The notes beneath the pieces are model-generated. The model did no database searches, was not told where the DNA came from, and saw nothing but the letters and a program-made list of their open reading frames with translations. A program made the position numbers and the translations under genes. Of a DNA stretch of 64,000 nt, positions 38,544 to 51,439 are shown piece by piece. Within the stretch, counting starts at the first letter, position 1. Each line of letters begins with the position of its first letter. This stretch comes from Proteromonas lacertae (lineage: Eukaryota). Location of the stretch: NCBI GenBank assembly GCA_002245135.1, contig NGBS01000882.1:62001-126000 (forward strand), read 5' to 3'.

Positions 38544-40101
38544 TTACTTCAATTTTATCTCTAAAATCTCTTTTCTACCATTTTCTTGTCTATCTTTCAC
38601 TTCGATTGTTAAAATACCATTTTCATCTACATTATATAATGTTTCAATTATGTATGAACCAGCTTTAACATCTTTCTTTGAAATATAAAATGGTTTACTA
38701 TCCAACTGTTTTACATTTTCATCAGTTTGGATATTTTCCTTCACCTTCAAATACACTTATATCAATACGATCAGATCCATCATCAGCATTAGCAAATTTT
38801 ATAGCTTCTTTACTAATAAATGGAATTGGAGTATTTCTTTTAATCAGTGGATGTAATATAATCTCATCATCTTTTACAATATCAGTTGATATTGTATGTG
38901 AAATTACATCTTTAACGTCAAATCTCATACTATTTATATTAGCATATAAACATGCACCATATGCAACTACTTCATCAGGATTTATATCTCTACATACAAT
39001 TGTCTTTTCTGGAAATTGTTCTTTTATCAATTCTTGTACTTTTTTAATTCTACTTGATCCACCAACTAATACAATATATTTTATTTCCTCTCTCTCTAAT
39101 CCTGAATCTTCAACAACATCATCAACAATACTCAATGTTTTTTCATATATATCTTTATTTACTTGACTTAATAATGATAATGTTAATAAATCATCAATCT
39201 CTTCATCTTCCAAACATGTCCAATTAACTGAAACTTCATCAATATTTTCACCACTCAGTAAACATTTTGCTTCATTACATGCTCTTTTCAATTGAAATTG
39301 TTGTCTATCACTAACTTTTTTTCCTGTTTTATTTCTATATACATTAATATAATATTCTACTAATCTTTGGTCAATATCTTCACCTCCTAAATGTGAATCA
39401 CCACCTGTAGCTAACACTGTTATTATTTTTGTTTCAAAATTTATTCTGATTATTGAAACATCAAATGTACCACCACCAAAATCATAAATTAATAAATTCT
39501 CTAGACCTTTATTTCCACCTCGTTCGATACATTGATGTGCATAAGCTATTGCAGCTGCAGTTGGTTCGTTGATTATTTTGATTACTTTTAAATTTGCTTT
39601 TCTAGCTGCTTCTATTGTATTTTGTCTTTGTTGATTGTTAAAATAAGCAGGAACTGTTACCACTGCTTCTGTTGGTTGGGTTGGATCTTGACCTAAGTAT
39701 ACATCAGCTGTATATTTTATTATCTTTAATATCTCAGTGGATATATCATTTGCTGTTAATTTTACAGTTCTATTATTGTACTCTAATTCAACCAATGGTT
39801 CACCATTCTCTCCTTCAACGACTTTAAATGGCCAGTGGAGCATATCTTCTTGAATTTCTAAATCTCTGAATTTTCTACCTATAAAACGTTTTGAGTCGAA
39901 CACATCATGTCCAATAGATGATATATTATTTATTACAGCACTTCCAACAACAATTTCTGGTGTTTTGGGATTATAGTAAACATGAGAAGGAACAGTCCTC
40001 ATACCTGTTTTATATGAAACGAGCTCTACATTATTATTCTTAAAAACTCCACAACATGAATAAGTAGTTCCTAAATCTATTCCAATCCTTCCGCTATTCA
40101 T
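38544..40101 (-). CDS. Divergent short Hsp70 (NBD plus partial SBD-beta, no lid; 518 aa), intronless; needs one +1 correction near 38722-38735
   Basis: GIDLGTTYSC, TVPAYFNN.QRQ, IINEPTAAAIAY, DFGGGTFDVS, GGDSHLGGEDID, LVGGSSRI, INPDEVVAYGA, VFEGE. The +1 frame continues with VDENGILTI. Confidence 0.85.
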
Positions 40102-40537
40102 AATACAAGTTAATACACCATTATACTGTATTTCAAGTGAAATGAAAGAGATAGAGATGATGAAACAATAGAATATAGAAGTGTTTTTTTAATAATACTA
40201 ATATGATAATAGATAGTGAAAGAAATGGTTGTGAGAAATTCAAAGAAGATTTATGAAGTAAAGGAGTTAAATGAGAGAAAAATCATTAAACTCTATGAAA
40301 TGACGATTTTAATGAAGAAAGCGTTGAAATATAAAGAAAATATGATGATAGATCGAATGAAATATGATGAGAGTGACTTAAAGTAAATGATATACAATAA
40401 TGAACGTGAAATCACGTTAGTAACATTTTCATTTATCAAAAGAATAAAATTAAATGGAATTTCAGAGGAAATGAAGTATTATTCTTTTTCTTTTCAATTT
40501 TTTTTATTCAACCAAACACAAACAAATTTAAATATAT

Positions 40538-42272
40538 TTAATATCTCAGTTTCTCTAATATTTTTATTATTTCACTAAAGGAAGGCCTTACATTCGCATC
40601 ATCATTCCAACACTTACAAATCAACTCTTTATAATTTAAAGGACAATTTACAGGAATATTTGGTCTGATTTTATCGTTTAATACTCCTATTGCCACTTGT
40701 ATTCCATCTAAACCATTATAAGGACAATCTCGACTGATTAATTCCCAGATTACTATACCATAACTATATACATCAGCTTTTTCACTATAATAACTATTCT
40801 TCAATATTTCAGGAGCCATCCATTGATAAGTTCCACAATTACCAGTCATTGTCTCACTATAAGCTCTTACACGACATAAACCAAAATCACTTATTTTTAT
40901 ATTATAACTATCATCTACTAACAAATTCGCACTTTTTAAATCACGATGAATTAAAGGTGGATTCTTTGTATGTAAATAATTCATTCCATAAGCAGTACCT
41001 AAGGCTAGTTTTATTACTAATTTCATATCAATCTCTATATTATAATCATGAAGTAAATTCCATAAAGAACCTTTCTTTATTAATTCACTAACTATCACAA
41101 AATGAGGAGATACAGTACAAGCACCCATAAATAAACAGATATTCGGATGTCTTAATAATGATAATACTTTAATCTCACTTTTGAAATCATTCACTGTAGA
41201 TTCGTTTAAGTTACATATTAATGTTTTTAAAGCAACTGGACTGTTATTCCATCTTCCTTCATATACTCGACCAAATGCTCCTTCACCTAAACATTTACCA
41301 AATGATAATTCGGAATATTTTATTTCATAATTGTTATTGATTGGAGATTGGTATTGTTTTTGATTTTGATTTTGTTGTAGTGGAAGTTGCAAATGTTGTA
41401 ATGGCTGTTTTGGTTGTTGTTGTTGTTGTTGTGGAAGTGGAAGCGGAAGCGGATGTATTGGTGCATTTAAATACCTATTGATTATGATTGGCGCTTTTTT
41501 GGCTTTAATTTCTTGTATTGTTATAGATGGTGGTGGTGGTGGAATTAAATTATAATTATTATTATTTGGCAGAGGAAGAAGTGGTATAGGATTGTTATTC
41601 TTTACTTGTTGATTTTGTGATTGGTTTTGCTGAAATGGTGATTTGATTTGCATTACTGGTTTTAACTGCAGTGGAAGTTGAGGATTTGGATTATATGTTT
41701 GTTTTGATTTTACAGGTTGTTGTTGAATTGGTGGTTGAGGTAAAGGTTGTTGTTGCTGCTGTGGTTGAATTGGTCTTTGTTGGTGTTGTTGCAGTTGGTG
41801 TTGGTGTTGTTGCTGATACTGAGGTATTAAAGGTAATTCCATTGGTTGTCTTGCGATTGGAGGCTGATTATTAATTTGATTAGGATTAAATTGGACTATT
41901 TGATTATTCTGAGGTTGTACTGGTTGTAGCTGAGGTCTAGGTGTTTTATTCTTGTTAAAATAAGGATTATAAACAAGTTGATCTGTTGCTGCTTCATAAG
42001 GCGAAGGATAATGTTGATATAAATTATTTCCATCCTATTTAAATATAAATAAATATGATAAATAATACATCTACACTCCTTCTTTGATTATTGATTTCAT
42101 TTGCTCCACTAGGAGGACAATCTGAATATACACCTATAGCAAATCCATCTGATAAACTTCTACCTAGTTCTTTGTTGTTGCGCCTCTTCTTTAAAAAATA
42201 TAATATTCTAAACTATATATTCTATATAACATACGAACCAACTACACCTGCTCCAATTAAATAAGGTATCAT
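40538..42272 (-). CDS. TKL (Raf/MAP3K-like) protein kinase with an N-terminal signal-anchor and P/Q-rich linker, 3 exons
   Basis: ATG at 42272 (MIPYLIGAGVVGSILYFLKKRR) and two mini-introns. Kinase motifs GEGAFG, LRHPNICLFMGAC, IHRDLKSANLL, DFG, GTYQWMAPE. Confidence 0.9.
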
Positions 42273-42426
42273 TATAAATAAATAAGTAGGAAGAAGAAAA
42301 AAATTGAAAATGAAAAAAGAGTGGGAACAAAAAAATTCGAAAAAATCCCCGATTTCAATTTATTTAAAATACATTTTCTATACTATATTATATAAACACC
42401 TCAACATAAATATAAAATATTATACA

Positions 42427-43113
42427 TTACTCATTATTCTCTTCTTCTTTTATATTCACTTCTTGATTCATATTTTCATCTTTTTCATTATCTTCATTAT
42501 CTTTATTTCCTTCATTCTCATCTTCATCTTCATCTAAAAGACTTTTTCTCATTTCTAATTCACCTCTTTCTTCTAATATAGTTCTTGGAATAATTGGGGG
42601 TAAAGTAACATCACAAACGATTTTTTCTTTTAATAAATCATCTATAAATTCATCCATATGAATTATTTTCCATCCATTTGGAGATCTATACCTTAACTTA
42701 CGAAAATCCATATATATTGGTTCTAAATAATTGTAAACATCAATAGGCCTTCCAACTAATCGTAAATAATAAACTCCTAAAGCTCTAACGTATTTATAAT
42801 CTTCATTTTTTATAAATTCTAGAATAATTTCTGGATCAGGCTGAATTTGTAACATTTTTAATATTAAACATATAAATTGTGTAGGTTTCCTATTACCACC
42901 AAAGGTACCTCCTATATGGTCTAATAGCATAGCTTTATCTACTAAAGTTTCTGCAGTAAGTCCAAAACAGTCTTCCTTCCAATATAGACAATCATATATT
43001 TTCAAACGAAGGATCTTTTCCATCTAAATAATCAATAAAAAGAAAATAAATACTAAATTTTGTGGATTCATTCCATGTTTTTGGTTTGCAAGAGGATCTG
43101 TAGTATTAGACAT
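42427..43113 (-). CDS. PRPF38A: Pre-mRNA splicing factor PRP38A
   Basis: HGMNPQNL|MEKILRLKIY..YWKEDCFGLTAETLVDKA, KPTQFICLILKMLQIQP, YKYVRALG, HMDEFIDDLL. One 30-nt intron. Confidence 0.95.
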
Positions 43114-43185
43114 TATATATAATGAGAAAAAGAGGATGATAAAAAACTAAAACTCGAATAAGCTTGAGGATTTTTAAATTTTAAA

Positions 43186-46100
43186 ATGAAAAAAGAAATC
43201 AAAGGTGATAGAGTTATTCAAACAATTCATTTTAGTTTTGAATGGAGATGAGAATGACTGTGAATGTCAATTGAGCAAATATAAAGCAACAGTAATTGAT
43301 GGTAAAGGTGATGTTTTTGATATACCATTCCCGTGCCCTATGGCTAAAGTATTCTCATTTAAAAATGGATTAATATTTCAACGAGGTACTGATACTCTCT
43401 CCAAGACTGTGACAGACGAATTTGAATATCCCATGTATGTAAGCCTTGTAAATCCATTAGAAGACTTAAAACCAATATCTCATGAATCATTTTTATCTGC
43501 AAATGGAAATCCAGTTCAATCAGATTTTCTAACTGATAATGGTGAGTATATATGTACAGTCAATACTCCATTTTCATTAGTCTTATCATACAATATAAAG
43601 ACAAGATATTATTCACTATGGACTCTCAGATATACCAAAAACGATGAATTTACTGAATTTAAAACTAATTCATCTATGTCAATAGATACAAATTTAATCA
43701 CATCAGAAGTGTATTTTAACTTCTTATGGCGCGGTACATTCAATACAATAAGTTACAGTTTAATGTCAAAATATTACTTTATTGACGATAATAGTAATAC
43801 TTATCTATACATTCAACAAGATAAAAATAACTCATCTATTTTTATATTGCCATTAATGCGATCAACTCAGATCTTATCCATTCAACCTTTAAGTAATATG
43901 CCATTAACTTGTGCAACGATAATACATAAACACAATGAAAATAGTATAAATAATAATAATTGCAGTAATAACAAAGAAAATAAAGAAATAGTGATAATAG
44001 AGAATAAGTTAAAAGAATTATGTAATATTAAAAATTATTATACAAATGATTATCTTATTAATAAAATAATATATTCTTTATATGATTTATTGTCCAATGA
44101 TATTGCATTTATTATTCATATGGATATATTGAACTTGTTATATAATAATAATAATAATAATAACTATACAGATTGGGATATATTTCAATGTTATATATTG
44201 AAGATATTAAATGTTAAAATTGTTAATAAGAATATTAATAACAATAGAATAAGTGAATTTGATAGAATGATATATAATAATAATCAATTTACAAATAACC
44301 ACAATATAACAAACAATATGTTATATGAAATACTAACATCCAAGAATATTACATTATTATCAAATACAAATAAATCCACTTCTTTTATTAAATTATATTT
44401 TGATTCAATATTCTTATCACTTCATTATATAAGTGAAGATTTCTATATTCAATTAAATTATCAGAATGAATATAATAGAATAGTTGATTTCTTACAAATA
44501 TTATCTCTTTCTATGAATAATATGGTTTATAGTAATTATTATCAAAGAAAATCAAATCATATCATTCAAAAAGCAGTATAATTATATATATATATATATT
44601 TAATATAGTTTATTATTAGTGATATTTCTTTAAAGTCTATACCACCTACACCTCCAGATACTGTAATTTGGTGTGTTAATACAATCACAATAAAGAATTA
44701 TAAAGAAATATTTCCATTGAAATATAAAAGTGAATCTTGGTCAATATTATATAGATTAATTCCATTATATTTGTTACTCAACAAACCAAGTAAAACATTT
44801 TCATTACTTCCTGAAATATTTGAATATTTAAAATCATCTGATTTAAATAGATATATTATAGAATCAATAATTCCATCTATTTCATTACCAATAATGAATA
44901 TTATATTATATTATGAAAATAACCCTAATAATCATACAAATATAATATTGGATATGAAATCAATGATACAAAGACCAGATACGATTATGAATGAAGTATA
45001 TATCTATATAATATATAATCAATAGTATAATCCAAAAGATAATACTTCTTCTATTACTTCAAATAATAATAATATATTATTACAATCAACATATTCGTCT
45101 ATATTATTGTTGCCCAATGATATTGATGGTTTAACTACAATAGATTCTGTTCTTTCGGAAATTTACTTTCCAATTGATAAAAGAGTTACTGAAATATGTG
45201 ATTTACTCAAAACAACTAGAATATTGAAGTATAATAAAAGTGTAGATATTTGTACACTAACTTATCCACCTCCAGCCGAAAGTGCACAATTATATACACT
45301 CAATGCAATCCATAATAACTTTGCTAGGATAATTGGTCAAGGTATTTTTAAATTTTCAACAATTAATGTATCAGCATCCAGTCAAATTGTAGTTCCTGAT
45401 TTACCACTCACTGCTTATTCGCAAGATGGTGAAGAAGTTGTATTAGATCCACAATATTCGTTAGAATTGTTACATTTACCATATTTTTACTTAGGATTAA
45501 ACACTGGACTGAGTATAATACACAATGAACATACCAAAATAACATCATCATGGATATTATTCAATAACAAATCAACGGAACTAAACAAAATCAAACATGC
45601 AGGTTTGTTATGTGGGCTTGGCTTGAATGGATATTTGAAATTGTTGAGTAGATATGAAATCTATTGTTATTTGAACTCAGGAGATCCATATTTTATGACT
45701 TCATTACTGATAGGCTTAGGTGCTAGTTATATAGGAACAAAAGATAAAAGATTAACTTCATCGTTTATGTTACATTTACCATCTCTATCTCATTGTTCAT
45801 TAATATCATTAACAGTAAAAACTAAAATGAGTGCAATTATTGGATTAGGTTTACTTTATTTTGTATAAACATTATTTATTATATAATATAGCAAACTCAT
45901 ACTCGATTTTTAGTAGAGTTTATAATAACTGAAATATCACGAGATCCCGATCCAAATACAAGTACAGAGAAAGCTGCATACTCATTAGCTTGTGGTATAT
46001 CATTAGGATTAACATTACTGGGAAGTGGAAAGAATAAAGAACAAATAGATCAATTTGCAGATTTACACTTAGAATCAAGATTAATACACTATGTAAAAGG

Positions 46101-47697
46101 TAAAATACAACCAACAAATGTTAATGGTAATTCACTAACATCTAATAATAGTAATAGATCCAATCGAAATTCTATTGGAATAAGTAGTAATAATGGAGTT
46201 AATAATAATAGAGTTAGTAACAATATTGATGGAAATGATATAGATAAATATCCGATTGATGGATTATGTCAAATTAATAATAATATATATCCTGATATAA
46301 ATAATACATGTCCTGCAGCATTAATGGCAATTGGATTGATTTATTTCAATTCATTTAATCATTCAATAATTGAAGTTTTATCTTTACCACATACTATTAA
46401 AGGTTATATGTTATTAAGAAATGATTTTTATATGTTATATATTATTACATCTGGTTTAGTACAATGGGATAGGATATGCATAAATGATAATGACTTTATA
46501 GATTCACTTATTCCTTCTATTATTACTGAATCTTATTCAAAATTATTGAATAATTTCAATTGTGAATATAATGATTACGAGAAGGATATAATTCGAAGTA
46601 TTTATTTATATACGAAGTGTGGATTATGCTTTTTATTTGGCTTGAAATATAGTGGTTCTTTTAATAAAACAGTTAGAGATTATCTATATAATGAATTAAC
46701 TTGGATATATACTCAATTATGTAGTGATTTTCATCGTTCTGATTTGCACATATTATATCAATGTTTATCTATTATAAGTTCAGCTTTATCTATGGTTATG
46801 GCGGGAAGTGGAGATTTAGAAATACTCAAACTCTATCGAGCCATTGTTAAAACGGCTAATTTTCCATTTAGTGTATTAAGTGGTATTAACAACGCAATTG
46901 GGCTATTATTCTTAAGTGGAGGTGGTAAAACGCTTGGTAATTCTATGAAAGATATTGCATTCATATATATTAGCTTTTATCCAATATATAGTAATGATAT
47001 TGGAGATAATGATTGTTATGGGATTGTATATTTATTTAATTTGTTATTTATATAGATATTAAGACATTTTTATTCATTAGCTGTAGAAGATAGATTGTTA
47101 AAACTATATGATATGAATGATATGAAATTGACTAGAATAAATATACAAATAACCAATGTTGATGGTACTAAACAAATATTAATGACTCCTTGTATATTAC
47201 CACCATACAATAACATTCTAACAATCGAAATTAATTCAAAAGAGTATTATCCAATCAGAATTGATTTAAAATCATCATCAAATAATTATCTTAGGTTTAT
47301 ACAGCAATACCATGTATTGTTTATAATGAAAAAGATACAGTACATACATAATAATTGGTTTGATTTATTAGATGTATTGAAAAATAACAATAACGACTAT
47401 CCTCAAAGGATAATTGATAAATATAATCTATATAAGACAAGTAATCCAAATTATCAATTATCGATTGAAGATTTTACTGAATCTAATTTCTGCAACTACA
47501 AGCAATAACATTAATAATAAATATGACATTCAAAAACAAGAAAATATAATCAATAAATATAACCATATGAAATTAACCTATTCAAACTATCAATATGAAA
47601 TACCAATTATTTCACTCATCACTTCAAAAGATTATAATCAATATATCACTCCAAAGAATATGATTAATATGAAATCTATAAACACAATTTTCAATGT

Positions 47698-47734
<37 letters not shown>

Positions 47735-48172
47735 TTATTTATTTATAAATAGAATCTGAATGAAAGTCCTTATACACTAATAAATCCAACACTTTGTGAG
47801 AATATGAATGACTTTTTACATAAATTCTTTAAATCTTTAGGATTTTTCAATTTTCATATTACTAAAATTATACCTTCGTCTCCATTAGATATTTATTATA
47901 ATGAAATGAGATATCCAACATCAGAGGAAATAATGCTGTTAAATGAGAAGTATGGAAGTGATATTGGATGTAAATTCGATGGTGAACAGTTGATTCAGTT
48001 CTTTTTGTCATTTTTAGAGTATTATCAATTACCTGATAATTCTAATAAAGAGATTAATCAATACATGATACAACTCTCTTCTGATAATGTTGAACAAATT
48101 CTAAAAATATGTCCAAATTACAGTGATGCTATATTGTTCTTACTTTATATTATAAAATCGACTAATTTTTAG
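43186..48172 (+). CDS. ANAPC1: Anaphase-promoting complex subunit 1 (APC1); needs +1 correction near 47490-47508
   Basis: GLIFQR, SLVNPLEDLKP, FPIDKRVTE, ITSSWILFN, HAGLLCGLGLNGYL, LLIGLGASYIGT, CPAALMAIGLIY, MVMAGSGDL, AIGLLFLSGG, LRHFYSLAVE, TPCILP. Five clear mini-introns. Confidence 0.9.
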
Positions 48173-48268
48173 TCTTTATTATGTTTTTTTTATTTTTTGT
48201 GTGTATGAAAAATATTTTTTCATTGAACCGGTTTCTCTGTTTTCTCTGATTTTAGATTTTTTGGTTTT

Positions 48269-49049
48269 ATGAATCGTTTACCAATTTTATTGAGATTTGC
48301 ATCTCATCAAATTAAATATCCAGTTGTATCTAATGTTTTACACTATATTATTTAATAGATAAATAACATTAGATATATTTCTACAAGTTCTCCATTATTT
48401 GCTAAAGTTGTAGTTCCATTACCAGCTTTGGGTGATTCTGTTTCAGATGGAACAATTGTGTCTTGGACTAAAAAGATTGGTGATAATGTAAAAGCTGATG
48501 AAGTAATAGCCGTAATTGAAACTGATAAAGTATTTATTTAGCTTTATAAAATTTATAATTTATAGGTTAGCGTTGATATTACTTCACCACAAGCTGGATT
48601 TCTAGCTGAGACCTATGGAGGTGAAGGAGATACAATCACTGTTGGTAAACCATTATGTGCTTTAGAAACTGATGCTGCATCTGCAAAAAACCTTCCACAA
48701 CAAGCTCCAAAAGCATCTACTCCATCTTCAACATCAACACCAGCAGCTTCAGTTTCAACTCCACCACAAAACGCACCATCTATAGCAGAACATAAACCAG
48801 AACCAATATCTTTTTTTTCGTTTTTAAGTTACAAAAAACAAATTTCTTAATTGTTGATTTCACTATGTTCCAATGATTAAATTTAAATATGGAAAAGGTA
48901 GAGAACAAGTAAGTTCATCAAAAACACCTTCTAAACCTGGTGAAAATGTAATAAGAATTGATTTTCTTGATACTCCTTCAATGTATGGACATATTGTTTA
49001 TTCAGACAAAGTAATTGAAGCAATTAACTCTGGATGTTATAATATATAA
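48269..49049 (+). CDS. Mitochondrial lipoyl-domain + KGD4/MRPS36-like fusion protein (217 aa), 4 exons; absent from the ORF track
   Basis: Presequence-like [10 protein letters not shown]. Lipoyl domain [33 protein letters not shown] linker, then [11 protein letters not shown] and IEAINSG (KGD4 signature). Introns 48326-48358, 48530-48565 and AT-AC 48806-48863 leave 654 nt = 218 codons. Confidence 0.85.
48806..48863 (+). other. U12-type (minor) AT-AC intron, 58 nt
   Basis: 5' ATATCTTT, branch site TTTCTTAAT at 48843-48851, 3' TTTCAC. Removal joins EP|YVPMIKF in frame; retention hits TAA. Confidence 0.9.
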
Positions 49050-49102
49050 AAATAAATATATAAATTATTATGATAATAAATAGATTTTTAAAATGTGTTT
49101 TA

Positions 49103-50045
49103 TTAATTATTAGTAACAGTATTTTCATCTTCTTGTGGACTTGTTGGTGATTTTAATACAGTTGTTTTCTTTGGTTCTGTTGGTTGTTCTTCATTTTCAG
49201 CAACTGGTTGAGGATCTCCATTCTCTTCTGGTGCAGGTGGTGCTGCTTCATTCGATTCTTCACCATTGTCATTCTTTTCACCTTCATTCTCAACCTCTTG
49301 TGATTGTGGTTGTTCTTCTTCATTATTATTTGTATTTTCTTCATTTCCTGCAACTTCTTCTTCTTGTGGTTGATTTTGTTGATTTTCTCCTTCATGTGGT
49401 GATTGTACTAAACTTCCTTCTTCTGCTATTGTCTCTGGAACATTTGCTGCTGAAGCTCCTTCTTCATTATTTGCATCAGAATACATTCGTGAAGTTCTTG
49501 ATGATGGAGTTGCACTAACACATGATTTCATTCTTTTCAATGCTTCTCCACTATTCTCACCAACCATACATGTGACAAAACTCTGAATACTAATCTTACC
49601 ATGCACATTCTTTTGAGATTCTTTCAATATTTCATCAAATGTCTCTTCGTCAATTTCTACTCCCATTTGTGTGATCATTTTTCTTAAAGCCTTTGGACCT
49701 ACATAACCTGTTCCTTCTGTGTCTAATTCTAACAATGCCTCTAATATTGCACCAGCCACTAGAGATTAATATATGATATTATAATACTTGTTTCGCATGA
49801 TGTTGTTGATAATATTGTGACAAATTCATCAAAATCAACTGTATTTCCACTAGAGTTAATATCATGCATCATTTCAGTTAATTCACATTCCACTGGGTCT
49901 CTACCAAGCATTTTCATAGCTGCTTCCATGTCCTGAACTGTTAATGGATCATGTTCGAAGGATTGGTAGACTTTTTTAATCTCAGACATCTATAAAAATG
50001 TCATAAATTATATATTACTTCTTTTTGGTTATATTTATGTAACAT
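49103..50045 (-). CDS. Calmodulin-like EF-hand protein with an acidic low-complexity tail, 3 exons
   Basis: ATG at 50045 and two 29-nt introns. Motifs AAMKMLGRDP, VDFDEF, LDTEGTGYV..LRKMITQMG. Confidence 0.8.
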
Positions 50046-50367
50046 TTGCTTAATAAAATATAAAAAATAAAAATAACAGTTTTAAATATGTTTGGCAGAG
50101 ATTTGATTCTCTTTTCTTTTAAAAACAAAATATGAAAGAAACAACTTATATAATAATATTCTATTATATCTAACATTGATTTGGAAAAACAATACTATAC
50201 AATAACATTGTACCATCTAATATAGAGGTAATATAATTTCATTCACTTATATATTTTTATTGGATATTAAAAACTACATCATTCTTTATAATTATGAGAT
50301 GTAATGGTATAATCTTTATTTCTAAATAATTCTATAAATAAATTAATTAATTATATTAAAATATTAA

Positions 50368-51294
50368 TTATGTTTCATCAATATATTCATTATCATCTAC
50401 ATAACCTTCATTATCTTCATCATCATCATCATAATTATTATTATTATCATAATCTGGATATAAAGGAGGTTTATAATTATTATTAATGTTATATCTCTCT
50501 TCTTCTTCTTCTTCTTCTACAACCTTATTGTGAATAGTATTATTCAAATAGTTAATATTTCTCTTCTTCATTATCTCTAATTTTTTCTCTTCTATCTCTT
50601 TATTGATTTTCAATACTTTGTAAAAGTGTTTTATTGTTTTATCTTGATTCTCTAATGCTTCTCTTGTTATTCTTAAGGTTTTTTGAAGTTCAATATATTC
50701 ATTATCTCTAACATTGCTATTTTCTTTATTTTTATATTCCTTATTATCATTAATACTATCATTCGTTTCAGTTTGAGTTGCTTTATTATTGTTATTATGT
50801 TTTATTTCCATTTTTGTATTTTTCTCTTCGATTTTGAGTTTTGTTGGTAATATGTCAATTGTATTGGTAGAGCACCTACTTAATGACTTCTTAATGTTAA
50901 TATATTGATTAGGAGGTTGTTGTTGATGTGATATTGTTGGTTGAGAATTAATTCTCTCTGTTTCTAAAGAATCTGTCAAAGATATCAGTGCATCTGATAT
51001 ATCTTGAGGAACAAATTGTGTATATAATGTTATTATTGTTTTTATTTTATCAATTGAAGTTAAATCTTTGTCTGAAATCAATTCTGTTAAAGTAGAGGAA
51101 TAATCATTCTCAAACTATTATTAATTACATTAAAAAATTCATAAATATACTTCATTTGGATCGTATCTTGGAGGAGATGGTATATTTACTGGAATCGATG
51201 ACTGATAGTTTAAATTTTGTGATAATAGGTTGTGATATTTATTTAATTCTGCATCTAAATCATTGTCATCATCTTCTAACCACGGATTAGCCAT
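50368..51294 (-). CDS. Hypothetical protein with a coiled-coil segment, 2 exons
   Basis: ATG at 51294 (MANPWLEDDD). A 36-nt intron leads in frame into ORF 50368..51081. Confidence 0.65.
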
Positions 51295-51439
51295 CAATTT
51301 TAGTTTTTAATTTTAAATTCTCAAGCAAATGGTTTGATATTCTATTCTGACAAACACACACAATAAAAAGAATGTAAACTATATATTATATATTTATTTC
51401 ACTGACTGAACTACTAATATAACTACATATACATAATAA

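Noticed and set aside
38722..38740. ATATCC/TATCC near several frame breaks read as U12 donors
   Set aside because: No matching branch site or acceptor, and removing an intron would delete conserved Hsp70 spacing. TAT CCA also occurs in frame elsewhere (e.g. DNAJC21) without a shift.
40130..40500. Purine-rich spacer and short ORF 40387..40578
   Set aside because: No consistent frame, splice pattern, TIR/TSD or RNA structure could be supported.
43186..43255. Possible additional +1 break at the APC1 5' end (MKKEIKGDRVIQTIHFSFEWR*)
   Set aside because: A 31-nt GTGATA..TTTTAG intron (43205-43235) restores the frame at a typical length, so it is not counted as a break. It remains ambiguous because the donor is atypical.
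50230..50370. Acceptor-like TTTATAG after the stop of gene 50368..51294, suggesting another exon
   Set aside because: No GT, GC or U12 donor upstream; treated as an AT-rich 3' UTR.
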